DNA from: Utricularia gibba
Lineage: Eukaryota; Plantae; Magnoliophyta
Direction: 5' to 3'
Assembly: GCA_002189035.1 (NCBI GenBank)
Contig: CM007989.1
Location: 5,642,001 to 5,706,000 of the forward strand
Length of the DNA: 64,000 nucleotides
Positions 1 through 10,900 of the stretch are shown here, piece by piece. A program made the position numbers and the translations under genes. A model generated the notes under the pieces. It saw only the letters and a program-made list of their open reading frames with translations, was not told the origin of the DNA and did no database searches. Positions within the stretch are counted from its first letter, which is position 1. Every line of letters starts with the position of its first letter.

Positions 1-1
1 T

Positions 2-2389
2 AGGATGTCTATACTTGATTGTGATGTTGTTGACGGCGCGACAATCAGTGTACATCCGCCAAGTTCCATCAGACTTTGGAACCAATAACACCGGCACCGA
101 GCAAGGACTCATGCTCTCACGCACAAATCCTTTAGACACCAATTCCTCAACTTGTTTTTGTATTTCCTTCGTCTCCTCTGGATTGGCTCGGTATGCTGGT
201 CGGTTTGGGAGTTGTGCTCCAGGGACAAGGTCAATTTGATGCTCAATCCCTCTAAGGGGAGGTAAGCCTTGAAGTTCTTCTGGAAAAACATCTTCATATA
301 CCTGTAAGAGAGACACAACACAAGATGGAATGGATGAAGCATGGTTAGGTGAAGTAGGAACTTCATCCTTATACATGAGTAGAATAAATGGTTGCCTAGC
401 ATGAAGTAAGTGTCTAATCTCACTTGGCCTTGCTAATAGACTCTCATTCTTTCTCTCAATTCCTAAAACTCTCATGTTTTCACTCTCTGTTTTGTGCTCA
501 TTTTCATCCTTTTTTTCACTCAATTCCTTGCCATCTCTTATTTTTTCTCCACTTTTTCGCATCTTTTTTTCACTCATTTTCACTTCACTCATCTCTTCTC
601 CCTTACGAACGACCACCTTGTGCTTTCCATTATCAGTATGAAGGCCTCTAGCATCACTCAGAATTCTGACTTGATCTTCATGTGCCTCCTTTGGAGATAA
701 TGGAGCAAGTGTGATGGAGCGTCCATTATAATTGAAGGAATATTTGTTCTTGAAACCATCATGAAATGCTCTTCTATCATATTCCCAAGGTCTCCCAAGA
801 AGAATATGGCTTGCATGCATAGGAACAACATCACATAGGACTTCATCTTCATATCTCCCTATGGAAAACGTCACAAGCACTTGTTTGGTAACCTTTACCT
901 CACTTCCTTCATTGAACCACTGCAGATTGTAAGGCTTAGGATGCCTCACGGTGGGTAGTCCCAATTTCTCCACCAAGATGTTGCTAGCAACATTGGTGCA
1001 ACTACCTCCATCAATAATCAGGCTGCAAACTTTCCTATTAACAAAGCATCGGGTTTGAAACAAGTTCTCCCTTTGCTCTTCATTATCCTTCACCCCAATG
1101 TTAAGCGTCCTTCGAGTGACTAATACTTCTCCAGAAACAGGCAATTCATCCTCATCACTCACTTCAGCTTCTGTCTCCACTAGATCATCATCATCTTCAC
1201 TAACAACTTCGCCATTGCCCCTAATCACCATTGCTCGTTTATTTGGGCATTCAGAAGCAATATGTCCAAGTCCCAAGCATTTGAAACATTTTATGTTTCT
1301 GGTAGTTCCCTTTGAAGGTGTTGTTCGCTCCCCTTGCTTGGAACTTGATTGGATGTCGAATTTGAAGTGTTCCATGGATGACTTCCCTTTATTTCTCTCC
1401 ATCATCTCATTGGTGCCCCCAAATTTCGAACCAGAAGTCCTCTTGTTGAAATCTCTTGCGAAACTCTTGCTAGATAGTTGTTTCTCAACCTTTGTGGCCA
1501 TATGAATCATGTCCTCCATCTCAATGTAGTGATGAAGCTCCACAATATTTGCAATCTCCTTATTCATCCCATGAAGAAACCTAGCCATAGTTGCTTCTCT
1601 ATCTTCCTGAACATGAGCTCTAATCATTAAAATCTCCATTTCCTGCCAATATTCCTCCACTGGCCTTGAGCCCTGCTTGAGATTTTGCAAACGTTGATAA
1701 ACATCTCTTTGGTAATGGTTTGGAACAAACCGCCTCCTCATAACTCTTTTCATCTCAACCCAAGTGTGAATTGGTTCTTCAGAGTCAATCCTTCTTTTAG
1801 CCACCAATTGATCCCACCAAATGATAGCATACTCACTAAATTCCATGGAGGCCAATCTGATTTTCTTTTCGTCAGAGAAGGTGTTGCAATCAAAGACATG
1901 TTCTACTCTTGTTTCCCATTGGAGATATGCATCTGGATCATTCTTTCCTTGAAATTGAGGTATCTTCATCTTGATGTTGTTAACATCCTTTCCAATTCTT
2001 CCTCCGTCTCTTCTACCTCCCTGATCTCGAAATCTTCTTGTATCCCCATGCACAAAATCATTTTCACTATGTTCAATGTAGTCATCTTCTTCATCAGTAT
2101 TCAGGGTTCGATCTCTTCTTCCAACAGTCCTTGCACTTCGTTGATCACTTAAGTCATGTTCAGTGTTGATGCGTTGATGCAATTGACTACCTCGACCCCT
2201 TCCAGCAGCATAATTATCTTGTCTTCGTGCTCTTGCAACATTTTGCAAAGAATTTTCGTGTTCATCAAGCCTGACATTTATGTTTTCCAGAATGCGATGC
2301 AATCTAGTGAACTCCTGTTGCATAGCTTTCAAAGTGAACCTCCCATCCGGTGAGTCATCCTTTTCATGCTCACTTCTGGAATTTGACAT
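2..2389 (-). CDS. Gag-Pol polyprotein, partial (gag, zinc knuckle, aspartic protease, start of RT)
   Basis: Manual translation from ATG 2389 gives 796 codons without a stop: KMKIPQFQGKNDPDAYLQWE, CFKCLGLGHIASEC, LIIDGGSCTN, HILLGRPW, GLPPLRGIEHQIDL, DGTWRMYTDCRAVNNITIKYRHP. Probably missing from the ORF track because it has no stop inside the window. Confidence 0.93.
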   Translation of the reverse strand, partial: MSNSRSEHEKDDSPDGRFTLKAMQQEFTRLHRILENINVRLDEHENSLQNVARARRQDNYAAGRGRGSQLHQRINTEHDLSDQRSARTVGRRDRTLNTDEEDDYIEHSENDFVHGDTRRFRDQGGRRDGGRIGKDVNNIKMKIPQFQGKNDPDAYLQWETRVEHVFDCNTFSDEKKIRLASMEFSEYAIIWWDQLVAKRRIDSEEPIHTWVEMKRVMRRRFVPNHYQRDVYQRLQNLKQGSRPVEEYWQEMEILMIRAHVQEDREATMARFLHGMNKEIANIVELHHYIEMEDMIHMATKVEKQLSSKSFARDFNKRTSGSKFGGTNEMMERNKGKSSMEHFKFDIQSSSKQGERTTPSKGTTRNIKCFKCLGLGHIASECPNKRAMVIRGNGEVVSEDDDDLVETEAEVSDEDELPVSGEVLVTRRTLNIGVKDNEEQRENLFQTRCFVNRKVCSLIIDGGSCTNVASNILVEKLGLPTVRHPKPYNLQWFNEGSEVKVTKQVLVTFSIGRYEDEVLCDVVPMHASHILLGRPWEYDRRAFHDGFKNKYSFNYNGRSITLAPLSPKEAHEDQVRILSDARGLHTDNGKHKVVVRKGEEMSEVKMSEKKMRKSGEKIRDGKELSEKKDENEHKTESENMRVLGIERKNESLLARPSEIRHLLHARQPFILLMYKDEVPTSPNHASSIPSCVVSLLQVYEDVFPEELQGLPPLRGIEHQIDLVPGAQLPNRPAYRANPEETKEIQKQVEELVSKGFVRESMSPCSVPVLLVPKSDGTWRMYTDCRAVNNITIKYRHP

Positions 2390-3204
2390 CCTAAATACTG
2401 GACAAAAGAAAATGAGCAGCAAGGAAGAAAAGAGACTAAACTAAAAAGAACAAAGAAACACACACAAGATTTACCACTCAATACTCAAGTTTCAAGTCCT
2501 TGATGCACTCTTTAATGTCATCATGCTTGTTCTCATGGCATCTAACGAATTAATCACTTCCAGATTGGTATTGATTATAGTGTAATGATGGAGTTAGGTG
2601 AGGGTGGCAGTATTAATAGTCTCAAGATGGAGACAAAGGGAAGTGTTTAAATTAAATTGGTTGCTTGTTGGAATAGATAAATAGGAAGGATGGACAACAA
2701 GGTAAGAACAGATGAAATCAGAGAATAGAGCACTACACACGAAATGTGTTGCTTGCTAAACTATAGAAATACAGGAATGGGCAATCAACAAAGAGAATAG
2801 TCAAATGGAAAGGTGGGGACACGTGAATGACAGGGGATGGGAATTGAAGATAAGAAAAACAACAATAAAGTGGTTGGTTGGTGGAATGGGAAAAGTAGAG
2901 AGGTGGGCCACAATTTAAACATACATAATAATGGATGATAGTGATGGGTAATGGATGTTCACCTTCACACTCCTTATCCTCTTGCACACTTGAAAATGAT
3001 ATTCAATGTGTTCTTGCTATTCAATTGACACTCAATTTCGAGCTCTTCTTCAATCAACTTCCTGTGAACCTCCCTTTTTTTTTTGTACTAAAGCCAAAAG
3101 TAATAAGGACTTGGCTTGAACGATTTTTTTTTTTTTTTTTTGAATAGGCAGGAATTGGAGAACTCAAACAAGAACTGGATAATAATAAGGATAAGGAACC
3201 CAAA

Positions 3205-3216
3205 GCTCTGATACCA
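3205..3216 (-). promoter_or_regulatory. Primer-binding site (tRNA-iMet) of the gypsy element
   Basis: GCTCTGATACCA on + (TGGTATCAGAGC on -), 3 bp from the LTR end at 3220. Confidence 0.92.
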
Positions 3217-3219
3217 AAA

Positions 3220-3822
3220 TGATGTGACCCTCTAATCTATAGAGATTAGCAACCCACAAAAAAGAGGTGATTTTGAAGCTTAGAAGAGAACCCACCCAAG
3301 TCTACCCTCAAGAGAATAAATCTCTTGCAACCAGACTTCGAAACAAAGAAAATTAGGAGCCACACTTCAGAAAAGAGAGATTGATTGGAAGTGATAATCC
3401 TAGAACGCTACAAGCTCAAAGCTTGATAAGTTAAGAGTGTTCAAGCACTCAAAGGAGAGGGGAATCCTCACAAGATACATAAAATGACCAAAGATCCTGA
3501 ATTAGTACATCTCTAGAGTATTTATACTCTAGAATTGGGCTCTAACATTACATAGTCCAAACTAAATGAAATAGAAAAGTCTAACAAGCCCAATGCTCTA
3601 AGTTAAGTCCATCTTCAAGTAGTTGAGCTCTTTTGATGGGATGTCTTCAAGCCCATGTTTGATTCCAATGATATTGAGTAGACCCTTAAGTGTATCTTCA
3701 ACCATCTTTGTCTTGCTCCTAATCATTGGTCCTGGTGGAATCATCTTTATTTCTAATTTGTTCACTTGAACAAACTCCTCATCATTCTTCAAATACACTT
3801 TATTATCTTCTTGGGCTCATCA
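3220..3822 (-). repeat. 5' LTR (~603 bp) of the gypsy element
   Basis: Termini TGATGTGACCC ... GGGCTCATCA form imperfect inverted repeats with TG...CA; adjacent PBS; TATA-like TATAAATA on the minus strand near 3519-3526. Confidence 0.85.
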
Positions 3823-4059
3823 TAGGCTGTAGTGTCTGAGTGGGTTGCATGATGCCCAGTCCACGTGCGGGCTGTCGTAATGGGAGGGTCATAGCCAGGA
3901 ATTAGAATGAATGCATACACTACTCACTCGAGGATCTCGTGTGCCCAAAAAGAAAAAGCATAAAGATGTGCCTCCACGTCTAACTCGAGCACCGCAAATG
4001 CAATGCTTGTGTAGAATATAAATAAATAGCATACCCGATAAGCTCACTCTCAACCTGCC

Positions 4060-4661
4060 ATGGCTGCTGCTGCAACTACACCCCTCAGCCTCAGCCTCGA
4101 AGAGATGATCCGCTCCATGGACAAGTATTTCCAAGACCTTAAACAACACAACAACTCCACCCACACCAAGCTCCAAGTCTACATCCACGCCTACTTCACC
4201 GCCTCCGATACGCACCCGCAAACCGTCCACTCCCTCACCGCCGCGGTGCCCAACTCTACTTCTTCAGGCTTCGGCCGGGTCCTCGTCATCGATAACATCG
4301 TAACCTCCGGCCCGGAGCTGGATTCCCCAGTCCTGGGTCGGTACCAGGGCTCCAACACCTTCGCGGACCTCACCCAATCCGCTCTGGCCATGAACATGAA
4401 CATGGTCTTCACTAGCGGCGACTACAAGGGGAGCACCATCACCGTCGTGGGCAGACAGGCCGTGAACGAGGAGGTTCGGGTTTTGACGATCGCCGGCGGG
4501 ACGGGTGCGTTTATGCTCGCTCAGGGATTGTGCTGGCGAGCAACCACTCCACGGACGCAGTCAACAACACTGGAACATGGTCATATGTTATGTATATACT
4601 CACTCCTGCGTTGTTGATGTCGGATGCAGATGGCTGCCTGCATGGACGCCACTCGACTTGA
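4060..4661 (+). CDS. Dirigent-like protein, intronless, with an apparent 1-bp deletion near 4528
   Basis: FGRVLVIDNIVTSGPELDSPVLGRYQG and GSTITVVGRQAVNEEVRVLTIAGGTGAFMLAQG match the dirigent pattern. A dirigent-like tail (FVLASNHSTDAVNNTGTWSYVMYIL, stop 4659-4661) continues in a shifted frame. TATA-like AATATAAATA near 4015. Confidence 0.85.
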
Positions 4662-4975
4662 AGGATTGCATTTGCATTCATGTCGCAGTTTATCCAAATT
4701 AATGTAATAACCTAAGGATGCATTGTCTTTTAATATGATGAACGGATGAATTTATATTTTTGATCTTAAGAAATATGGCAAAATCGATTATTATAATTTT
4801 AGTAGTTAAATTATTTTATTATTTTAATTTTTTGTGAAGAAAGTGGCACATCAATTTCTTCCGAACGCGGGTGCCATGCTTCCTGCACTCTCTGTATGCT
4901 TCTTCTTATTTACTCCCGGCAAGTTCATCGCTTTGAGTTTGTAGTTTCTTATGTAACTGGAAAATCATCTGCAAA

Positions 4976-7900
4976 ATGAGTACCGTCGACAAGATGTTGA
5001 TAAAGGGTATCCGGAGCTTCGATCCAGAAAATAAAAACGTCATCACGTTCTTCCGCCCTTTGACTCTAATTGTTGGCCCTAATGGGGCCGGGAAAACGGT
5101 AAAGCTGCCCATACTTGTCTTCCTATTTTCTCCAGAAACTCCCACAGATGGGGGTATGTGTTTTAGCAATGAAATGTATATTGCTTCAAAAAAAAAAAAA
5201 AAAAGCGTAGTTAGAGGAGCGTCGCTATAACTTGATGCAATTAGAAGTAGAAGTATTTGCTAAATACTCTGTGCATGCTTTTTGGAGCACTCAGATTTAT
5301 ATTGCCACCAAGAGGAATTCTTTTACTGAAGCATACTTAGTGGAAGTTCACTACAACTTGGGGTAAATTTTTTTTTTTTTTTTGTGAACCGAGGTAAATA
5401 TAAATATACTTGGGTGTTATGTTCATCCAGAGTTCTTTTAATAGAAACGAACTGACTCCATCAGTTAATCGATTTTTCAGTTCGATTGTTAATATTCATA
5501 CCCGTACTTGTGTTAAGGGTGTTTTCATTTTAGTCACGTTGGCTACTTTACCAGATGATTTTGTTTTAGTGAAAAGATGATTTTGGTTAGAAAATGCGTA
5601 TATTTTCTATTAGGCTTATCAAATTCGTTTCTAGGTGATGTACTTTTTGTGACTGCCTTTTTTTTTGTTTCTAATGTGTTTTTTTTACAACTTTTGTTTC
5701 TGATGCATCATCTTGGAAAGATTATCTTTCGTGTAGCATCGATTCAGTGTTTTTCTTTTTTTTGATTTTGTAGACTATAATTGAGTGCTTGAAAGTTGCA
5801 TGCACTGGTGAACTACCACCGAATGTGCGTTCTGGTCACAGCTTCATTCACGATCCTAAGGTTTTGTAACTACTCTTTCCATGTAATTATATTATCTTGT
5901 AAAATCTATAGCCAGTGCCTTGATACCCGTGGTTTTAGGTTGCCGGAGAGACAGAGACAAAGGGTCAAATAAAGTTGAGGTTCAAAACTGCAGCGAAAAA
6001 GGAAGTGGTTTGCATTAGGTCATTTCAGCTTACCCAAAAAGCTTCTAAGATGGAGTACAAGTCCCTAGAATCTGTGCTACAGACTATAAATGCTCAAACT
6101 GGAGAGGTACATATGATCATTGCAAAAATATGTGACCTGATTAACAATGGCTGCTTCTTTTTGACAATTCATCTCCCTCTTCATACATGATGGTTCCGTG
6201 TAAGTTTGAAAGCTTCTGGTTTCTAGTTATAGTTCCTTATCCTTTACCAAAATATTAATGTGAGTGTATCATTGGCAATTCCTGAAATTGAATAATGATT
6301 ACTAGAAAGATAATATAAAAGAGGGGCAATATGTAGATTATAATTGTGCTTAACACTTGCAGCCATCATCATATGTTAAGCAGTGTCATAAATTTCACTT
6401 TTTTGCGACACCAAACTGTTTTCAAATGAATTACGTTTATTACTTTTGCATTAAGTTATAGGGATTTTCATTTGTACTTGTGGTGGCTTCAAGTTCATTG
6501 GATGTTTTGATTCGATTTCCTTTTGTACTTGGCGTGTATGACATGATTACTAGTGCAATCTGGCTAGCTTCTAAAACAGCTGGTGCCGATTAGAAATTTT
6601 CTTGGAACCTTCAATGTGCTGCCATGATGATAATGATCTCTATGTTCAAAGGACGGATGTAGGATGAAGGAAGGTCAATGACACCATTTTTCCCTTATAA
6701 CAAGTTAGGAATGCTTGCATTTTGAGATAAAAATTGCCATTAATGAATTATCATGTACCTTATGACTTTGTGCCTAAGCTATAACCATGACCCAAGAGTC
6801 ACTTAGGTATACATATCTGGGTCCAAGATATGCTCTTCATAACTTTTCCGTGTTCCTACATACAGAAAGTTTCATTAAGCTATAGATGCGCTGATATGGA
6901 CCGAGAAATCCCTTCCTTAATGGGAGTTTCTAAGGCTGTTTTGGAGAATGTTATATTTGTTCACCAAGACGATGCAAACTGGCCATTGCAAGATCCATCA
7001 ACATTGAAAAAAAAATTTGATGACATATTTTCTGCAACTCGGTATGCAGCCCTTTGTCTTTACCTGTTTTAGGGTTGAAAGCAAGTTTCTGGTATTCTAC
7101 ATAATGTCAACTGATTTGGAACATAAACTCTATTTCCGTTTTATCACTGGTTATGGTGTTATGTTCATTAGCATTCACTATATAACTTTTAATTTGTCAA
7201 AAATTCCATTATTTCATTTATTTGAAGCAGATAAATAAATGAAATTAGACATTTTAGTTACTTGAATAAGGTAAAGAAATGCGATTCAATTTCTGTTTGG
7301 TGGCCTGTGTGGGGATGCTCCTGCGTTAATTTTTTCTGACTTCCAGGCTGTTATGGGATCCCCCGGTGAGCAGAATATTGAAATATAAGGAAACCTAATG
7401 GTCCCTTGTACCCCGATTGTCTGTTTGCATATTTGTATTTTATTCACCGTCTCTAGCAAATGTGATTCTTACTTTCCGTAGATATTAAGATTTGAAACTC
7501 CTTGGATCATGTAAGGTACACTAAGGCATTGGAGGTTATCAAGAAGCTTCACAAGGATCAGGCACATGAGATACATACTTACAAGCTTAAATTGGAGCAC
7601 CTTCAGACACTGAAGGATGCGTCTATAAAGGTTTCTATATGAACTTTCCTGCTCCATGATTTTTTTCTGTCACTCTTATAGAAGTGATTTTCAAGAATGT
7701 AGGAGCTATCAAATATTTTGGCTAGCGCGTGCAATTGCAATGTATGTTTGCATTCAGGAAATTAAAATAAGGAAACGTAGATGCTTATTTTTTCTATACA
7801 TCTTGTACTGCATAGCTCGTCAAATGTGAAGTAGAAAACTGCTGCTTCTGTCATGTGCTATTTCTGTATTCTAGGCGATTCTATAAGAATGTTTCAAGGA

Positions 7901-10900
7901 TATAAATGGTTAGCATGGTTATGGGAGGATTCATTGTGTCATCTAGCTCTTGCTGTATTCGCTTAAGTTGTTTTCATATAAATATTTCAATTTTCAAGGT
8001 ATCATTGTATGGTCATCTCTTTTTTGAGAATGTTATTTGAAGAATAGTCTATAGAATTGGATTTTATGTTGTAGTCTTGCTATAGTTCATCAAGTGTTTT
8101 TTTTTTTTTTTTGTTTTAATTCACCCCACACTATTACTTTTCTTAAACATACTAAATTATGTCTTCCCCACTGCTTATTACGCACAATTTTAAATGATTA
8201 TTATTATTTTCTTGAACTTGTGAATGTTGATGGAGATAGTTTAGTCAATCCTAATTCATGTTTCCATACAGCTTCGGGAAAGCATCGCTCAAGATAAAGG
8301 AAAAACAGAAACATTAAATTCTCAAATTCTGGAGCTTCAAGCAAAGGTTCAGAATATTGATGGGAGATCAGTGTTAATGAATTAGCCTTGAAAGACATGA
8401 GGAAAATAGAGGGTCAGATAGCCACAAAGGCAGGTGAAAGAAAATCTAAGTTTGAGGAGCAGCAGAGACGATATGCTGCACTTGCTGAGGAAAATGAAGG
8501 CCTGTGTGTCATTCTTTGTGGTTTTTTTTTTTTTTTTCATTTCATGCTTTGGAATTGATGCTTTTGATTTTAATATCTTTCACAGATACTGATGAAGAAC
8601 TAACTGAGTGGAAGTTAAAGTTTGATGAACGGATAGCAATTTTGGAATCTAAAATTAGTAAGCTATTGAGAGAAAAGGAAGACATAGAAGATAAAACTGG
8701 AGTTCTGAGTGACCTGATTGGTAGGAATACAAAGGACATTGCCAAATATCAAGCTGCTGAAGAAGTATGTTTTATTTCATCATTTTGAAGGAAAGCCATT
8801 CAAATATTTTCTTAGGTGTCTCTCTTTTCTATTCTTGCTTTATAACTCACTGGTTGTCTTGGTCAGGCTCATATGTCCTTAAAGAATGAAAGAGATTCAG
8901 ATATAAGAACACTCTTTAGGAAGCACAATTTGGGTTCGGTTTCAAATACCTCCTTCAGTGATGATGTTGCTATGGCCCTTGCTGATCGAATTCAATCAAA
9001 ATTAAATGATCTCAACAAAGATTTGCAAGACAATAAGGTATTATTTTTCCAATGGTCTGATTTTCTAGTTTAGTTTTGACTGATTTTCTGCATTATGCTT
9101 TTTTTTTTCACTAACATTAGGATGCTGCTTTTGATACTATTTTCTCAGAAATCAAATGAAGTCAGCCTTAAAGCGAAGTTTGCTCAATACCTTGATGCAA
9201 ATAAACGATGTGATGAAGTTGAGGCTCAAAAGAAGTCTAAAGAAGATTTAAAGGTCTATGCAGTATCTTTTTGCTGGTGGTTGGTCTTTTTTCAATAATC
9301 TATGTTTTGTTGTGTTTCTGACAGACTGCCATCATGAAACGTTTGCAAGAGAAGGCATTAGAGCGTGATTCCCTTGAAAATCAAATTTCCTCTACTAATA
9401 TCACTCTGCTTGAAGAGAGAGAAAAAACGATGGTAATATTTTATTCTTATTTCATATTACTACTGGCCTTTGCTGTCATGCAGCTTAGCTGATTTTTTTC
9501 ATCCTCCGCAGCAAGCAGAAATTGAGAGAAGAACCAATCTCCTTGCTGCCCAAGAATTTGATTTTAATATACGAATGAAACAACGTGAACTCTTCTGTTT
9601 GGAACAACAGATTCAGGATGTCACTCGGGAAAGGGATTCTATGAATGCTGATTCTCATGACAGAGTTTTACTTTCAATTAAGAAAGCTGAACTGGAAAAC
9701 CTAAGAAAGAAACACAGAAGAATGCAAGTCATATTTATGACCACCCAGTTATAATTCTGAATAATGTGTGGGTTTTTATGCTGAAAATATAAGTGACTAT
9801 ATTGACCAGGCTGGATGAATGCAAGGAGAAAATACGAACGCTAATGAAAGGAAGGCTTCCACCTGACAAAGATTTGAAGTATGAAGTTGCTAATGCCCAA
9901 AGGTAACATTATTTCTTACATATATCTATGCTTTATTTCATTGTTTACTACATTTTCGTGCTTAATCAGTACTCGCCTGTCCTTGTGCATTATTTGTATA
10001 TTTAAAACACGTTGATAACCTTCTAAAACTTGTACAAAATGTTATCATTTAGCGTGGTATAAGGGCTACAATTCATGTTCTTATCTCGTTTTAGGTGAGA
10101 TAGATTTCATTTGATGTTTTTAAGTAATCCCTTACTTCTTTGCTCCATAAATTTGTAACAGAACTAACCTACTTCTTTGGAATGTCTTTTGGTGTCAGAA
10201 CTGAGTAATATTTTCATTAATTGGTTATAAGGTGCTATTTTTAACTAAATATTTATGACTGAAATAATTTTTGATGGATTAGTATAAGAGTCCTTTTTAT
10301 GATGTGTGGAAGAAGCATTATGAACTTTTCTTTGTGTTCGTTTGCTTGAAAAAAAAATACTGTTTTCTTCTTTTCCCTATTTGAATCTGTTATTAGTGTT
10401 TGCTTGATCTTCTTTATCCACTATCTATGCATTTTAATACTATTTTTTTGACATTCATTTTTTCTCTTAATAGGCATGTTCAGAAAGAGTATGATGACTT
10501 GGAGAAAAAGGCCAATGAAGCAAGGAACGAGATGATGATGGTTAAGGTGAAAGCACAAGAACTCAGTAGTAATTTGACCAAATTCCAGAAAGATCTTGAA
10601 TGTAAGAAAGCGTGAAACTTGTTCTTGCAGTAGCTCTCGGTAACTAGAAGGGACTTCAACATCATTTAATATATTGCATATGCTTTTCATCAGTGATTTT
10701 TCATTTTAGTTAATTTTTTTTTTAGAACTTGTGAACGAATTTTAAAGTTATGTTGTGCGATTCTGATGGTTTTGCATTTTTTTAATTTAATGCAGCAAGA
10801 AGGAGATTTTTTGAGTCTAAGCTTCATTCATTGGATCCGCAATTTGGTGGAATTGAATCTTATCCTAAAATTCTGGATGTTGCCAAAGAAAAGAGAGATA

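Larger units (their letters stand above)
1..3822 (-). mobile_element. Ty3/gypsy LTR retrotransposon, 5' half (CRM-like chromovirus by gag motif); continues beyond the left edge
   Basis: LTR at 3220-3822, tRNA-Met PBS at 3205-3216, then gag-protease-RT frame on the minus strand reaching position 1. Confidence 0.95.

Noticed and set aside
1098-2353. Plus-strand ORFs of 135, 155 and 65 aa
   Set aside because: Antisense shadows of the gag-pol frame, with Ser/Leu-rich composition and no recognisable motifs.
3205-3216. tRNA-like sequence
   Set aside because: Only the 12-nt PBS complement; no cloverleaf or tRNA gene.
7616-7630. RAD50 exon 5 ends DASIK instead of the usual DAAYK
   Set aside because: Exon length and phase are correct, so this is substitution, not a second frameshift.
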